Assembly (NCBI GenBank): GCA_963555825.3
Contig: CAUVXB020000002.1
Location: forward strand, 1,856,001-1,920,000
From: Alphaproteobacteria bacterium
GTDB lineage: Bacteria > Pseudomonadota > Alphaproteobacteria > JAAXGF01
Direction: 5' to 3'
Length of the DNA stretch: 64,000 bases
Below, piece by piece: positions 22,511 through 34,537 of this stretch. The position numbers and the translations under genes were made by a program. Position 1 is the stretch's first letter. Each line of letters begins with the position of its first letter. The notes under the pieces are model-generated. The model worked only from the letters and a program-made list of their open reading frames with translations. It made no database searches and was not told the DNA's origin.

Positions 22511-23062
22511 ATGGCCGCCGACGAGAAGCCCGCCAAGCCGATCGGTCCGAGCATCCGCGAGGTGCCCGAGGGCGACACGCGCGAGCGCCTGGTCTGCGCG
22601 GACTGCGGCTACATCGCCTACGACAATCCCAAGGTGGTGGTCGGCGCGGTCTGCGCCTGGCACGGCCGTATCCTGCTGTGCCGCCGCGCGATCGAGCCGC
22701 GCCAGGGCTTCTGGACCATACCGGCGGGCTATTTCGAACAGGGCGAGACGACGGCCGAGGGCGCCGCGCGCGAGGTCGAGGAGGAGGCCGGCGCGCGCAT
22801 CGAGATCGAGGCGCTGCTGGCGGTCTATTCGATCCCGCGCCTCGGCCAGGTCCAGGTGATCTACGCCGCAAATCTGGTCGCGCCCGACATCGCGCCCGGC
22901 ATCGAGACGCTCGAGGCGCGGCTCGCCGCCTGGGACGACATCCCGTGGGACGACCTCGCCTTCCCCTCGGTGCGCTGGGCGCTACATCACTACCGCGAGT
23001 ACCGCTCGGGCGCGCCCTTCGCGGCGCGCTCGAACCCGCCGGGCGAGCTCGGCAACTTATAA
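22511..23062 (+). CDS. NUDIX hydrolase with N-terminal zinc ribbon
   Basis: CADCGYIAYDNP and a Nudix box PAGYFEQGET...AAREVEEE. Confidence 0.9.
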   Translation: MAADEKPAKPIGPSIREVPEGDTRERLVCADCGYIAYDNPKVVVGAVCAWHGRILLCRRAIEPRQGFWTIPAGYFEQGETTAEGAAREVEEEAGARIEIEALLAVYSIPRLGQVQVIYAANLVAPDIAPGIETLEARLAAWDDIPWDDLAFPSVRWALHHYREYRSGAPFAARSNPPGELGNL

Positions 23063-23517
23063 CGCCGCCACACCAAGCGGCCATCGAGGGAGGATCGACA
23101 CATGGCAGACCCCGTGGTCTACGGCCCCGCATACAGCACCTACACGCGAAGCGCCCGCCTGGCGCTCGAGGAGAAGGGCGTCCCCTACCGGCTCGAGGAA
23201 ATCGATATGTTGGGCGGCGCCTGCGCCGAGCCCGAGTATCTCGCGCGCCACCCCTTCGCCAAGGTGCCGGCGTTCGAGCACGATGGCTTCCGCATCTACG
23301 AGACCTCCGCGATCATGCGCTACGTCGACGAGGCGTTCGATGGCCCCGCCCTGCAGCCCGCCGATGCCAAGGGCCGCGCGCGCATGGAACAGGTGATCAG
23401 CGTGATCGATAGCTACGGCTATCCATCGCTCGTCGGCGGCCTGGTCATGCAGCGCCTGGTGGCGCCGATGCTGGGCAACGAGTGCGACGAGGCGGTAGTC
23501 GCCGAGGCGCTGCCCAA

Positions 23518-25171
23518 GGGTGCGAGTCTCGCATGGCAGTGATGTCTGCGGCTTGGTTCGTTGAGTTCAGGCAGCGATTGCCATGGCTGCTGCACGTGGA
23601 CTGATGTTGTCGTTGGCCGGTGTGTCGGTTGCGCTGATCAGGGCCTTCCATGCCCGCTCGAAGCGGCCGGATTTGATCAGGGCGCGGAAGGTCAGAACAG
23701 CCTGTCCGCCGACGATCCGCCAGCGCATGCCGGAGCGCTTCATGCGCTGTGTCACCAGGGTCTTGTTGGCAGCTTCGACCACGCCTGAGCCGATGGCGAT
23801 GCCCTCTTCCTTCAGGGCGTGGTAGCGCATGCGATGGCGATGCTTGCGGAAGAAGGCGAGTTCCCGCTCGGTCTCGGCCCGGTCCGGCGCAGCGGCGGCA
23901 TCGCGAAGGTGGCGCAGCGCCCGGATCACCTTGGCGACGCCACGGGGATCGTGACGGAGGATCTCGCGGTACTTCTCGAACCAGCCGGGCGCCACGGCAT
24001 GGTCGGACGCGGTTTGCAGATGTTCGCAAGCATGCCAGAAGTCGATCACCTCGGTTTCGGGCGACAGGGTCTCCAGGAAGGTCCAGTTGTCGGCGGCGCC
24101 ATCGGCGATAGCGACGATCCCGATCTCGGGGCGTGCTCGCCTGATGTGTGCGACTTCGCTTGCAAGCTGCGCCTTCAGCGTGAGCTTGCCGCTCTCCGGC
24201 ATGCGGCCGAGATAGAGGGTCTTCAGGCGCTTGCCCTCGGCGTCGTGGAAGGAGACCGTGCCGCAGGCAGCCTCGCGCCAGGAGGCCTTGGCGCGACCGT
24301 CCTCGCCGGGTCTCAGCGGCACCATGACGCCGTCGAGGGAGACCGAGGCGGTGGTCGCGTCCTGCGGTATGCCCTCGGCCTCACGGATGCTGCCCAGCGT
24401 CTCCGGGCCGAGGCTCTCCCAGCATTCGTGCATGCTCAGGGTCAGGCGCTGCAGGGTGCTCACCGACGGCGTCATGGCGCCGGTCTTCGCAAAGAACGCC
24501 GCCGCTTCCCGGGCCGTGCAGTGACCCATCATCAGCAGACCGAGCTCGGCCGCCGGCCGCGTCAGGTAATCGTCGACGAGGCCCAGGCTCTCGTCGACCG
24601 GCACCGGCGATGCCCCGCTCGCGCCGCTGCGGTAACGCGCTCGCCGGTAGGTCACCGGACCGAGCGAGGTCATGATCGTCTTCGGCGTCACCGCGACCCG
24701 GAACCAGCTCTGCCCGTCCCGCTCGATCCGGGAAGCGCCATCGTCCCGGTTCTCGATGACGGCGCCCATGACATCGCGAGCGAACTCGTTCGTGGCCTCA
24801 CGCACCCGCAACTCGACCTCCTCGGGCGCCTCGGGGCGCGGCTCGGAACGAAGCTCCTCGCGACACAGTGCGAGCACCCGGGCGGCCGCCTCGACGACCC
24901 GAGGAGGCAGGCCGGAAAGATCGATGGACGAAGGCGCCGGAGGCGGGGATACTGCCATGGGAATGCTCCCGATGTTGGGTTTCGAGACACGGCATCGTAC
25001 CGCTTCTGGCGGTGCGGAGCGTTCCCACCTTCCCCTGCTCGACCCTGCCGTCGTGACAAAATCCTGCCTTGGAGCGGCCCATTGTCACGAATAGCCGATT
25101 TCGGCCGTTCGTCTCGACACAAAAAACGCACTAAATCAATGACTTAGATTTTCCATACCAGACCCACACCC
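23518..25171 (-). mobile_element. ISKra4/ISLre2-like (Mutator-type) insertion sequence
   Basis: Imperfect TIRs GGGTGCGAGTCTCGCATGG / GGGTGTGGGTCTGGTATGG; 8-bp target duplication CTGCCCAA (23510-23517, 25172-25179). Confidence 0.88.
23567..24958 (-). CDS. Transposase (ISKra4/ISLre2-like, UPF0236-type)
   Basis: SLDG, IADGA, DFWHACEHL and IGSGVVEAANK...QRMKRSGMRW motifs. Confidence 0.85.
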   Translation of the reverse strand: MAVSPPPAPSSIDLSGLPPRVVEAAARVLALCREELRSEPRPEAPEEVELRVREATNEFARDVMGAVIENRDDGASRIERDGQSWFRVAVTPKTIMTSLGPVTYRRARYRSGASGASPVPVDESLGLVDDYLTRPAAELGLLMMGHCTAREAAAFFAKTGAMTPSVSTLQRLTLSMHECWESLGPETLGSIREAEGIPQDATTASVSLDGVMVPLRPGEDGRAKASWREAACGTVSFHDAEGKRLKTLYLGRMPESGKLTLKAQLASEVAHIRRARPEIGIVAIADGAADNWTFLETLSPETEVIDFWHACEHLQTASDHAVAPGWFEKYREILRHDPRGVAKVIRALRHLRDAAAAPDRAETERELAFFRKHRHRMRYHALKEEGIAIGSGVVEAANKTLVTQRMKRSGMRWRIVGGQAVLTFRALIKSGRFERAWKALISATDTPANDNISPRAAAMAIAA

Positions 25172-25421
25172 CTGCCCAAGGCCGCCACCAGCGTCGAGGC
25201 GCTCGGCGCGATCCTCGGCGACGACGCCTATCTGGCGGGCGAGACGATGAGCCTCGCCGATCTCCACGCCGTGCCGATCTTCTCTTACGTGTCGAACATC
25301 CCCGAATGCGCCGCGATGATCTCCGCCCAGCCGACCATGACGCGCTGGTGGCAGGCGATGAGCGCGCGCGAGAGCGTGGTGAAGACCGAGCCGGTGTTTG
25401 ATTGAGGGGGAAGAGGGCGCC

Positions 25422-27248
25422 CTAACGCCTGCCGAACAGCTTCTCGATGTCGGCCAGCTTGAGGGTTACCGAGGTCGGCCGGCCGTGGTTGCACTGGCCC
25501 GAGTTGGGCGTCGCCTCCATCTCGCGCAACAGCGCGTTCATCTCGGGCACGCCGAGCACGCGGCCGGCGCGCACGCTGCCGTGACAGGCCATCGTCGAGC
25601 AGACCTCGTCGAGGCGTTCGCGCAGGCTGTGCGCGGCGCCCATTTCGGCGAGCTCGTCGGCGAGGTCGCGCACCAGGCCCTGGATGTCGCTCTCGCCGAG
25701 CAGCCCGGGCACCTCGCGCACGACCACGGCACCCTCGCCGAACGGCTCGAGCGCGAGGCCGAGTTCGGCGAGCTCGTCGGCGCGTTCGGCGAGCCGCGCC
25801 ACCGCCGCCGCCTCGAGCTCGACGACCTCGGGTATCAGCAGGCCCTGGCGGGCGACGCCCGAGGCCGCCAGCGCCGCCTTCATGCGCTCGTAGACGAGGC
25901 GCTCGTGGGCGGCGTGCTGGTCGACGATGACGATGCCGTCTTGCGTTTGCGCGACGATGTAGGTGGCGTGCAGCTGGCCGCGCGCGGCGCCCAGCGGATA
26001 GGCCATCGCGGCGGTATCGGTCTCGTCGGCCTCGACGCGGCCCGACGGCGCCGCGATATCGCCGGCGAGCGGCGCGTGATAGGCCGCGGCGGCCTCGGCG
26101 AGGCCGGCCGGCAGGCACGTCGTTACGCCATGACCGTAGCCGCCGCCGCGGTGCGGCGCCATCGGCAGCACCGGCGTTGCGCCGTCGTTGGGCCGGAAGG
26201 CGGCGAGCGCGGCCTCGCCGACGGTCGTCGCGGCGCGGTGACCGGCCGCCGCCAGCGCGTGCTTGAGCGCGCCGACGATCAAGCCGCGCACCACCCCTGA
26301 GTCGCGGAACCGCACCTCGGCCTTGGCCGGGTGGACGTTGACGTCGACCGCGTCGGCCGGCGCCGTGACGAACAGCGCGACCATCGGGTAGCGGTCGCGC
26401 GCCAGCACGTCGGCATAGGCGCCGCGCAGCGCGCCGATGACCAGCCGGTCGCGCACCGGACGGCCGTTGACGAACAGGTGCTGGGCGCGCGCCGTACCGC
26501 GGTTGAGCGTCGGCAGCGAGGCGTAGCCGGTGAGCCTGACGCCCTCGCGCTCGGCGTCGATCTCGAGCGCGTTGTCGGCGAAGCTGCGGCCCATGACCTG
26601 GGCGAGCCGCTCGAGCCGGCCGCCGTCGTCGTCGGCCAGCGCCGGCACCGCCGCCAGCCGCACCACCGTCCGCCCGTCGGCGGTCAGCGAAAACCCGATG
26701 CGCGGATGCGCCATGGCCAGCTTGTTGACCGCCTCGGCGGCGTGGTCGAGTTCGGTGCGTGGCGTTTTGAGGAACTTGAGCCGCGCCGGGGTGGCGTAGA
26801 ACAGGTCGCGCACCTCGACCCGCGTGCCCTGGGCGAGCGCCGCCGGCGCCGGCTCGCCCTTGCGCCCGGCGTCGATCGCGATCGACCAGGCCGCCTCGGC
26901 GCCCGCCGCGCGGCTGGTCATGGTGAAGCGGCTGACCGAGGCGATCGCCGGCAGCGCCTCGCCGCGGAAGCCGAGCGCGGTGATGCGCAGCAGGTCGTCG
27001 CCGTCGGGCAGCTTCGAGGTCGCGTGGCGCTCGACGGCGAGTGCGAGCTCGTCGGCGTCCATGCCGCGGCCATCGTCGGTCACGCTGATCGCGGTGCGCC
27101 CGCCCGCGTCCATGATGACGTCGATGCGCGCGGCACCCGCGTCGATGGCGTTCTCGACCAGCTCCTTGACCACCGAAGCGGGGCGTTCGACGACCTCGCC
27201 GGCGGCGATGCGGTTGACGGTGGCGGGCGGCAGGATGCGGATCGTCAT
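25422..27248 (-). CDS. mutL: DNA mismatch repair endonuclease MutL
   Basis: [41 protein letters not shown] and CNHGRP motifs. Confidence 0.97.
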   Translation of the reverse strand: MTIRILPPATVNRIAAGEVVERPASVVKELVENAIDAGAARIDVIMDAGGRTAISVTDDGRGMDADELALAVERHATSKLPDGDDLLRITALGFRGEALPAIASVSRFTMTSRAAGAEAAWSIAIDAGRKGEPAPAALAQGTRVEVRDLFYATPARLKFLKTPRTELDHAAEAVNKLAMAHPRIGFSLTADGRTVVRLAAVPALADDDGGRLERLAQVMGRSFADNALEIDAEREGVRLTGYASLPTLNRGTARAQHLFVNGRPVRDRLVIGALRGAYADVLARDRYPMVALFVTAPADAVDVNVHPAKAEVRFRDSGVVRGLIVGALKHALAAAGHRAATTVGEAALAAFRPNDGATPVLPMAPHRGGGYGHGVTTCLPAGLAEAAAAYHAPLAGDIAAPSGRVEADETDTAAMAYPLGAARGQLHATYIVAQTQDGIVIVDQHAAHERLVYERMKAALAASGVARQGLLIPEVVELEAAAVARLAERADELAELGLALEPFGEGAVVVREVPGLLGESDIQGLVRDLADELAEMGAAHSLRERLDEVCSTMACHGSVRAGRVLGVPEMNALLREMEATPNSGQCNHGRPTSVTLKLADIEKLFGRR

Positions 27249-28549
27249 GCCGTCGCCTCGGTCGCGACCCTCTCGCCGGCCAGATAGGCGCGGGTGCGCG
27301 CCTTGCCGGCGTCGACCGCCGGCTGGTCGAACGGATCGACGCCCAGTATGCCGGCGGCCAGGATGGTCTCGATCATGAAATGCATGATGAGCCCGCCGAG
27401 CACGCGCTCGTCGAGCACCTCGAGCCGGAAAATCCGCACCGGGCGGCCGTTCTCGGCCAGCACGTCGGCGGTGGCGCGCTGCTCGGCGTCGATCAGGTCG
27501 CCGATCGTCTTGCCCTCCAGATAGCCGAACCCCGGGTCGTCGGCGAGGCCCGAGGGGATCGCCGGGCCGGTGCCGGCGGCCTCGAGCGCGATCAGCGTGA
27601 ACATCTTGTCGCGTGGTCCGGCCAGGTAGAGCTGCAGCTGGCTGTGCTGGTCGGTCGCGCCGCGCGCGTCGATCGGCGTCGTGCCCTGGCCGTCCTTGCC
27701 CAGGCTTTCGGCCCACAGCTGGCGGTACCACCGGGCGAAGCACGCCAGGCGGTCGACGTAGGGCATCATCACGGTCTGACTGACGCCGTGGCCGCGCGCC
27801 AGCCCGATCGAGACCGCGGCGCCCATGGCGGGCGGCGACTGCGAGGCGTCGGACGCCCTGAGCGTCGCGTCGAGCACCTCGGCCGCGCCCTCGCGCAGCG
27901 CCACTGCGTCGAGGCCGACGGCCAGCGCCGGCACCAGCCCGACCAGCGAGAGCACCGAGAAGCGGCCGGCGACGTCCGGGTCGTGGTCGAGTATCGGCAG
28001 TCCCCAGCGCTCGGCGAGGCCGCGCAGCGGCGACGCGCCGGGCTCGGTGATGACGGTGAAATGCTCGGCGGCCGTGTCGCCCAGCGCGCGGCGTTGGGCG
28101 TCGAGCGCGACCAGCGTCTGGGCCAGCGTCTCGGCCGTCGTCCCCGTCTTGGAGATCGCCAGGTAGCCGGTCTGCGCCGCATCGCGGGTGTCGATCAGCC
28201 GGGCCAAGCTCGCCGGGTCGATATTGTCGGCGAAGTGGAGCCGCGGCCGATCGTGCCGCGCCTCGGCGAGCGCCGCGAGCGCCTGACCACCGAGGCTCGA
28301 GCCGCCGGCGCCCAGTACGACGAGATCGTCGAACCGGGCGAGCCGCGCCGCCGCCGCCTCGATGTCGGCGAGGTCGGCGCGCGCGCCGGCCAACCGCAGC
28401 GGCGCCATGCCGCCGCCGTCGAGCGTCAGGCGCAAATTCTCGAGCGCGCGGCCGGCGTCGACCAGCGCCTCGGCGTAGGCGTCGACTTCGAGCCCGCCAA
28501 CGCCGATGCGCTGGGCGAAACAATCGTCGATGAGTTGGCGATAGGGCAT
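27245..28549 (-). CDS. pgi: Glucose-6-phosphate isomerase
   Basis: [43 protein letters not shown] and PFDQPAV motifs. Confidence 0.92.
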   Translation of the reverse strand: MPYRQLIDDCFAQRIGVGGLEVDAYAEALVDAGRALENLRLTLDGGGMAPLRLAGARADLADIEAAAARLARFDDLVVLGAGGSSLGGQALAALAEARHDRPRLHFADNIDPASLARLIDTRDAAQTGYLAISKTGTTAETLAQTLVALDAQRRALGDTAAEHFTVITEPGASPLRGLAERWGLPILDHDPDVAGRFSVLSLVGLVPALAVGLDAVALREGAAEVLDATLRASDASQSPPAMGAAVSIGLARGHGVSQTVMMPYVDRLACFARWYRQLWAESLGKDGQGTTPIDARGATDQHSQLQLYLAGPRDKMFTLIALEAAGTGPAIPSGLADDPGFGYLEGKTIGDLIDAEQRATADVLAENGRPVRIFRLEVLDERVLGGLIMHFMIETILAAGILGVDPFDQPAVDAGKARTRAYLAGERVATEATA

Positions 28550-28769
28550 CGCTGGCGGCTGTGTCCGCGAATTCGTGACGGCGGCGGCTTGGCAGAACCT
28601 AGCCCATGCAGCCAAGCTTCGCCAGCGCCGAGAACCCACGTCGCCGCTGTCCACCGATTCGATCTTTATGACGCCTCCGGAAAGCCATAAGATACGCGCA
28701 TCGGCATGCCCGCTTCGGCCCTTTCGCGGCCGGCGCCCGGCCCGTCATCGAGCCCAAGGGAGGCCCGCC

Positions 28770-31529
<2,760 letters not shown>

Positions 31530-31609
31530 GCGGACCGTTCGCCGCGTCAGCCCACGCGTCACCGAAAAGTGATTCGCGCGCGAGCATCGGCTCGCCTAGG
31601 TTTCTTGCC

Positions 31610-32365
31610 ATGAAGGTTCGCCTACTCTCCTCGATGTTCCTGTTGGCCGCGGTGGCCGTGCCGTTGGGCGCAGCCACCGTCGATGCCGGCGCGGCCAAAC
31701 CGGTCACGCTGGTCGAGCTTTATACCTCGCAGGGCTGCTCGTCCTGCCCGCCAGCCGAGCGCTTCTCGGCCGAGCTCGACAAGCGCGACGTCGTCGTCGT
31801 GTTGACCATGCACGTCAACTATTGGGACTACATCGGCTGGACCGACCCGTTCGCCAGCGACGAAACGACCGACCGCCAGCGCGCATACGGCCGCAGGTTG
31901 GCGCGCGGCATGGTCTACACGCCGCAGATGGTCATCGATGGCGTGCACGACGCGGTCGGCTCCGACAGATACGCGGTCAACCGCGCCATCGCCGAGGCGC
32001 GCAAGACCGATCGCCTGCGCCTCGATATCGACGTCCGGTCCGATGGCAACAATGGACTTTTGGTTTCGCTGCCCGGCGGCCATTTCGACGGCACCGCCAC
32101 GGTCTGGCTGGCGCGCTTCGACGCCGAGCAGAAGACCAGCGTGACGCGCGGCGAGAACACCGGCCGCATGCTGCGCACGGTCAACGTGGTGCGCGACCTG
32201 AGGCGCATCGGCAGCTGGACCGGCGCACCGGTCGACTTTCACCTGCCCGCGAGCCTGCTGACCGCCGGCGAGGGCGGCCGCGACGGCTGCGCGATAATCG
32301 TCCAGATCGAAGGCCCGGGCGCCGTGCTCGGCGTCCACAAGATGGCGCTGACGGCGGGTTTCTGA
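31610..32365 (+). CDS. DUF1223 thioredoxin-like secreted protein
   Basis: ELYTSQGCSSCPPA, HVNYWDYIGW.DPFA and YTPQMV motifs. Confidence 0.9.
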   Translation: MKVRLLSSMFLLAAVAVPLGAATVDAGAAKPVTLVELYTSQGCSSCPPAERFSAELDKRDVVVVLTMHVNYWDYIGWTDPFASDETTDRQRAYGRRLARGMVYTPQMVIDGVHDAVGSDRYAVNRAIAEARKTDRLRLDIDVRSDGNNGLLVSLPGGHFDGTATVWLARFDAEQKTSVTRGENTGRMLRTVNVVRDLRRIGSWTGAPVDFHLPASLLTAGEGGRDGCAIIVQIEGPGAVLGVHKMALTAGF

Positions 32366-32511
32366 CTTATTGTGCGGTCACCTAAAGCTGACCTGCGCTC
32401 AATCGCCGCGCATGCCAATCTTATGGGAACAAGACCGGCCGAACGGTCGGCGGCCCGCGGTCGCGGGCTGTTGGAATGCTACCGAGCCTGATCGATCGGA
32501 TTTTGCGCTAG
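32365..32511 (+). repeat. Modular palindromic intergenic repeat, copy 4
   Basis: TGTGCGGTCACC...CCTGCGCTCAATCGCCGCGCATGCCAATCTTATGGG...ATCGATCGGATTTTGCGCTAG. Confidence 0.8.
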
Positions 32512-32518
32512 GGCAGCC

Positions 32519-34411
32519 TCAGGCGGCGCCCTTGGTCATGACGGCGGCCATGCGGCGTGCGAAGGCCTGGATGTCGGCCGGCGGTTCGCCCTCGAGAATG
32601 CGCGCCTGATCGAGCAATAGATGCGCCGCGTCGGCCAGCTCGTCGGCCGCGCCCTCGGCGCCGACGCGCTTGGCCAGCGCGCGGATCATCGGGTGCTTGG
32701 GGTTGATCTCGAGGATGCGCGCGGCCGATTGCCCGACCCGGTCGTGCTGCTTCAAGAGTCGCTCGATGTGCATGTCGAGGTCGCCCTCGCCGGCGACCAG
32801 GCAGACCGCGCTGTCGGTCAGCCGCGCCGAGACGCGGACGTCCTTGACGGCGTCCTTCAGCGTCAGTTTGGCGAGCGCGATGAGGTTGTCGATGTCGGTG
32901 TCGCCGACACCGTCTTCCGGCGCCGCCTCATCCTCGTCCTTCGCTTCGATTGCGATCGCGTCGAGGTCGAGGTCGCCCTGGGTGACCGATTTGAAAGGCT
33001 TTTCGGCGTGGGTTTGCATCGCCGGCATCCAGAACTCGTCGACCGGGTCGGAGAGCAGCAGCACCTCGACGCCGCGCGCCGCGAAGGCCTCGATCTGCGG
33101 GCTCTTGCGCAGCGCCTCGACGCTCTCGCCCGAGATGTAATAGATCGCCGTCTGGCCTTCCTTCATGCGCCCGACGTAGTCGTCGAGGCTCGTCAGGTCC
33201 TCGCTCGCGGTCGAGTGGAAGCGGGCGATCGCGATCAGGCGTTCGCGGTTCTCCGTGTCCTCGTAGATGCCCTCCTTGAGCACCGCGCCAAAATTGGCCC
33301 AGAAGGCGGCGTATGCCTCGGGCGCCTTCTCGGCCTTCTTCTTGAGCTCGCCGAGGACGCGCTTGATCAGGCCAGAGCGGATCTTGGCGACCACTGGGTT
33401 GTTCTGCAGCATCTCGCGGCTGACGTTGAGCGGGATGTCTTCAGAATTGACGATGCCGCGCAGGAAGCGCAGATAGCCGGGCACCAGGTCCTCGCAGTCG
33501 TCGGTGATGAAGACGCGCCTGACGTAGAGCTTGATGCGCGAGGCGCGGGTCGGGTCGAACAGGTCGATCGGCCGCGCGTCGGGCACGAACAGCAGGTTGG
33601 TGTAGTCGAGCTTGCCCTCGACCCGGTTGTGGATGGTCAGCCAGGGCTGACCGAACATGTGGCCGACGTGGTGGAAGAACTCGGCGTATTGTTCCTCCGA
33701 GATGTCCTTCTTGGGCCGCGTCCAGAGCGCCGAGGCCGAATTCACCGTCTCGGCCGCGGCGCCGTCGGCGGTCAGCTGGATGGGCAGCGCGATGTGGTCC
33801 GAATAGGTCTTGATGATGTGGTTCAGGCGCGTCGCGTCGAGGAACTCCTTGGCGTCCTTGCGCATATTCATGGTGACCGCCGTGCCGCGCGCGACCTCGC
33901 CCTCGGCGGGGCCGACGGTGAATTCGCCCTGGCCGTCGGAGCGCCATTGCCAGCCCTGGTCCTCGCCCGCCTTGCGGCTGGTGACGACGACCTCCTCGGC
34001 GACCATGAACGCCGAGTAGAAGCCGACGCCGAACTGGCCGATCAGCCCGACGTCCTTGGCCGCTTCGCCGCTCAGCTGCTCGACGAAGGCCGAGGTGCCC
34101 GAGCGCGCGATGGTGCCGAGCTCGGTAATCAGCTCGTCATGGCCCATGCCGATGCCGTTGTCGGCGACGGTGATCGTCTTGGCCTTGGCGTCGAGCGTGA
34201 CGGTGACCTTGAGCTCGGCGTCGCCGGCGGTCAGTTCGGGCGCGGTCAGCGCCGCGTAGCGCAGCCGGTCGCAGGCGTCCGAGGCGTTCGAGATGAGCTC
34301 GCGCAGGAAGATCTCGCGTTCGCTGTAGAGCGAATTTGCGACGATGTGCAGAAGTTTGCCGACCTCGGCTTCGAAGCTGCGCTGTTCGGGGGCTTGGACT
34401 TCGGCTGTCAT
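32519..34411 (-). CDS. htpG: Molecular chaperone HtpG (Hsp90)
   Basis: FLRELISNASDA, DNGIGM, IGQFGVGFYSAF and LNVSRE motifs. Confidence 0.97.
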   Translation of the reverse strand: MTAEVQAPEQRSFEAEVGKLLHIVANSLYSEREIFLRELISNASDACDRLRYAALTAPELTAGDAELKVTVTLDAKAKTITVADNGIGMGHDELITELGTIARSGTSAFVEQLSGEAAKDVGLIGQFGVGFYSAFMVAEEVVVTSRKAGEDQGWQWRSDGQGEFTVGPAEGEVARGTAVTMNMRKDAKEFLDATRLNHIIKTYSDHIALPIQLTADGAAAETVNSASALWTRPKKDISEEQYAEFFHHVGHMFGQPWLTIHNRVEGKLDYTNLLFVPDARPIDLFDPTRASRIKLYVRRVFITDDCEDLVPGYLRFLRGIVNSEDIPLNVSREMLQNNPVVAKIRSGLIKRVLGELKKKAEKAPEAYAAFWANFGAVLKEGIYEDTENRERLIAIARFHSTASEDLTSLDDYVGRMKEGQTAIYYISGESVEALRKSPQIEAFAARGVEVLLLSDPVDEFWMPAMQTHAEKPFKSVTQGDLDLDAIAIEAKDEDEAAPEDGVGDTDIDNLIALAKLTLKDAVKDVRVSARLTDSAVCLVAGEGDLDMHIERLLKQHDRVGQSAARILEINPKHPMIRALAKRVGAEGAADELADAAHLLLDQARILEGEPPADIQAFARRMAAVMTKGAA

Positions 34412-34463
34412 GGCTACTCTTTCGGTGTCTTCGACGATGTGGCGATCCGCAATTGCGCGCTGC

Positions 34464-34492
34464 ATATGGCCCAATTTGGCCCAAGGTTCAAG
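34464..34492 (-). promoter_or_regulatory. Putative sigma-32 (RpoH) promoter of htpG
   Basis: Minus strand reads CTTGAA-N15-GGCCATAT, about 50 bp upstream of a heat-shock gene. Confidence 0.65.
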
Positions 34493-34537
34493 CGTTGAGC
34501 CTTGCAATCGCCCGACGAAGCTCCGATTCTCAGCGTT

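Larger units (their letters stand above)
23102..25405 (+). pseudogene. Glutathione S-transferase interrupted by an IS
   Basis: 5' part HPFAKVP...YETSAI; 3' part after 25171 reads in frame (LPKAATSVEALGAILGDDAYLAGETMSLADLH...PVFD*). Confidence 0.88.

Noticed and set aside
25422-28523. 1033-aa MutL fusion
   Set aside because: The N-terminal extension is an off-frame read through pgi; the MutL start is at 27248
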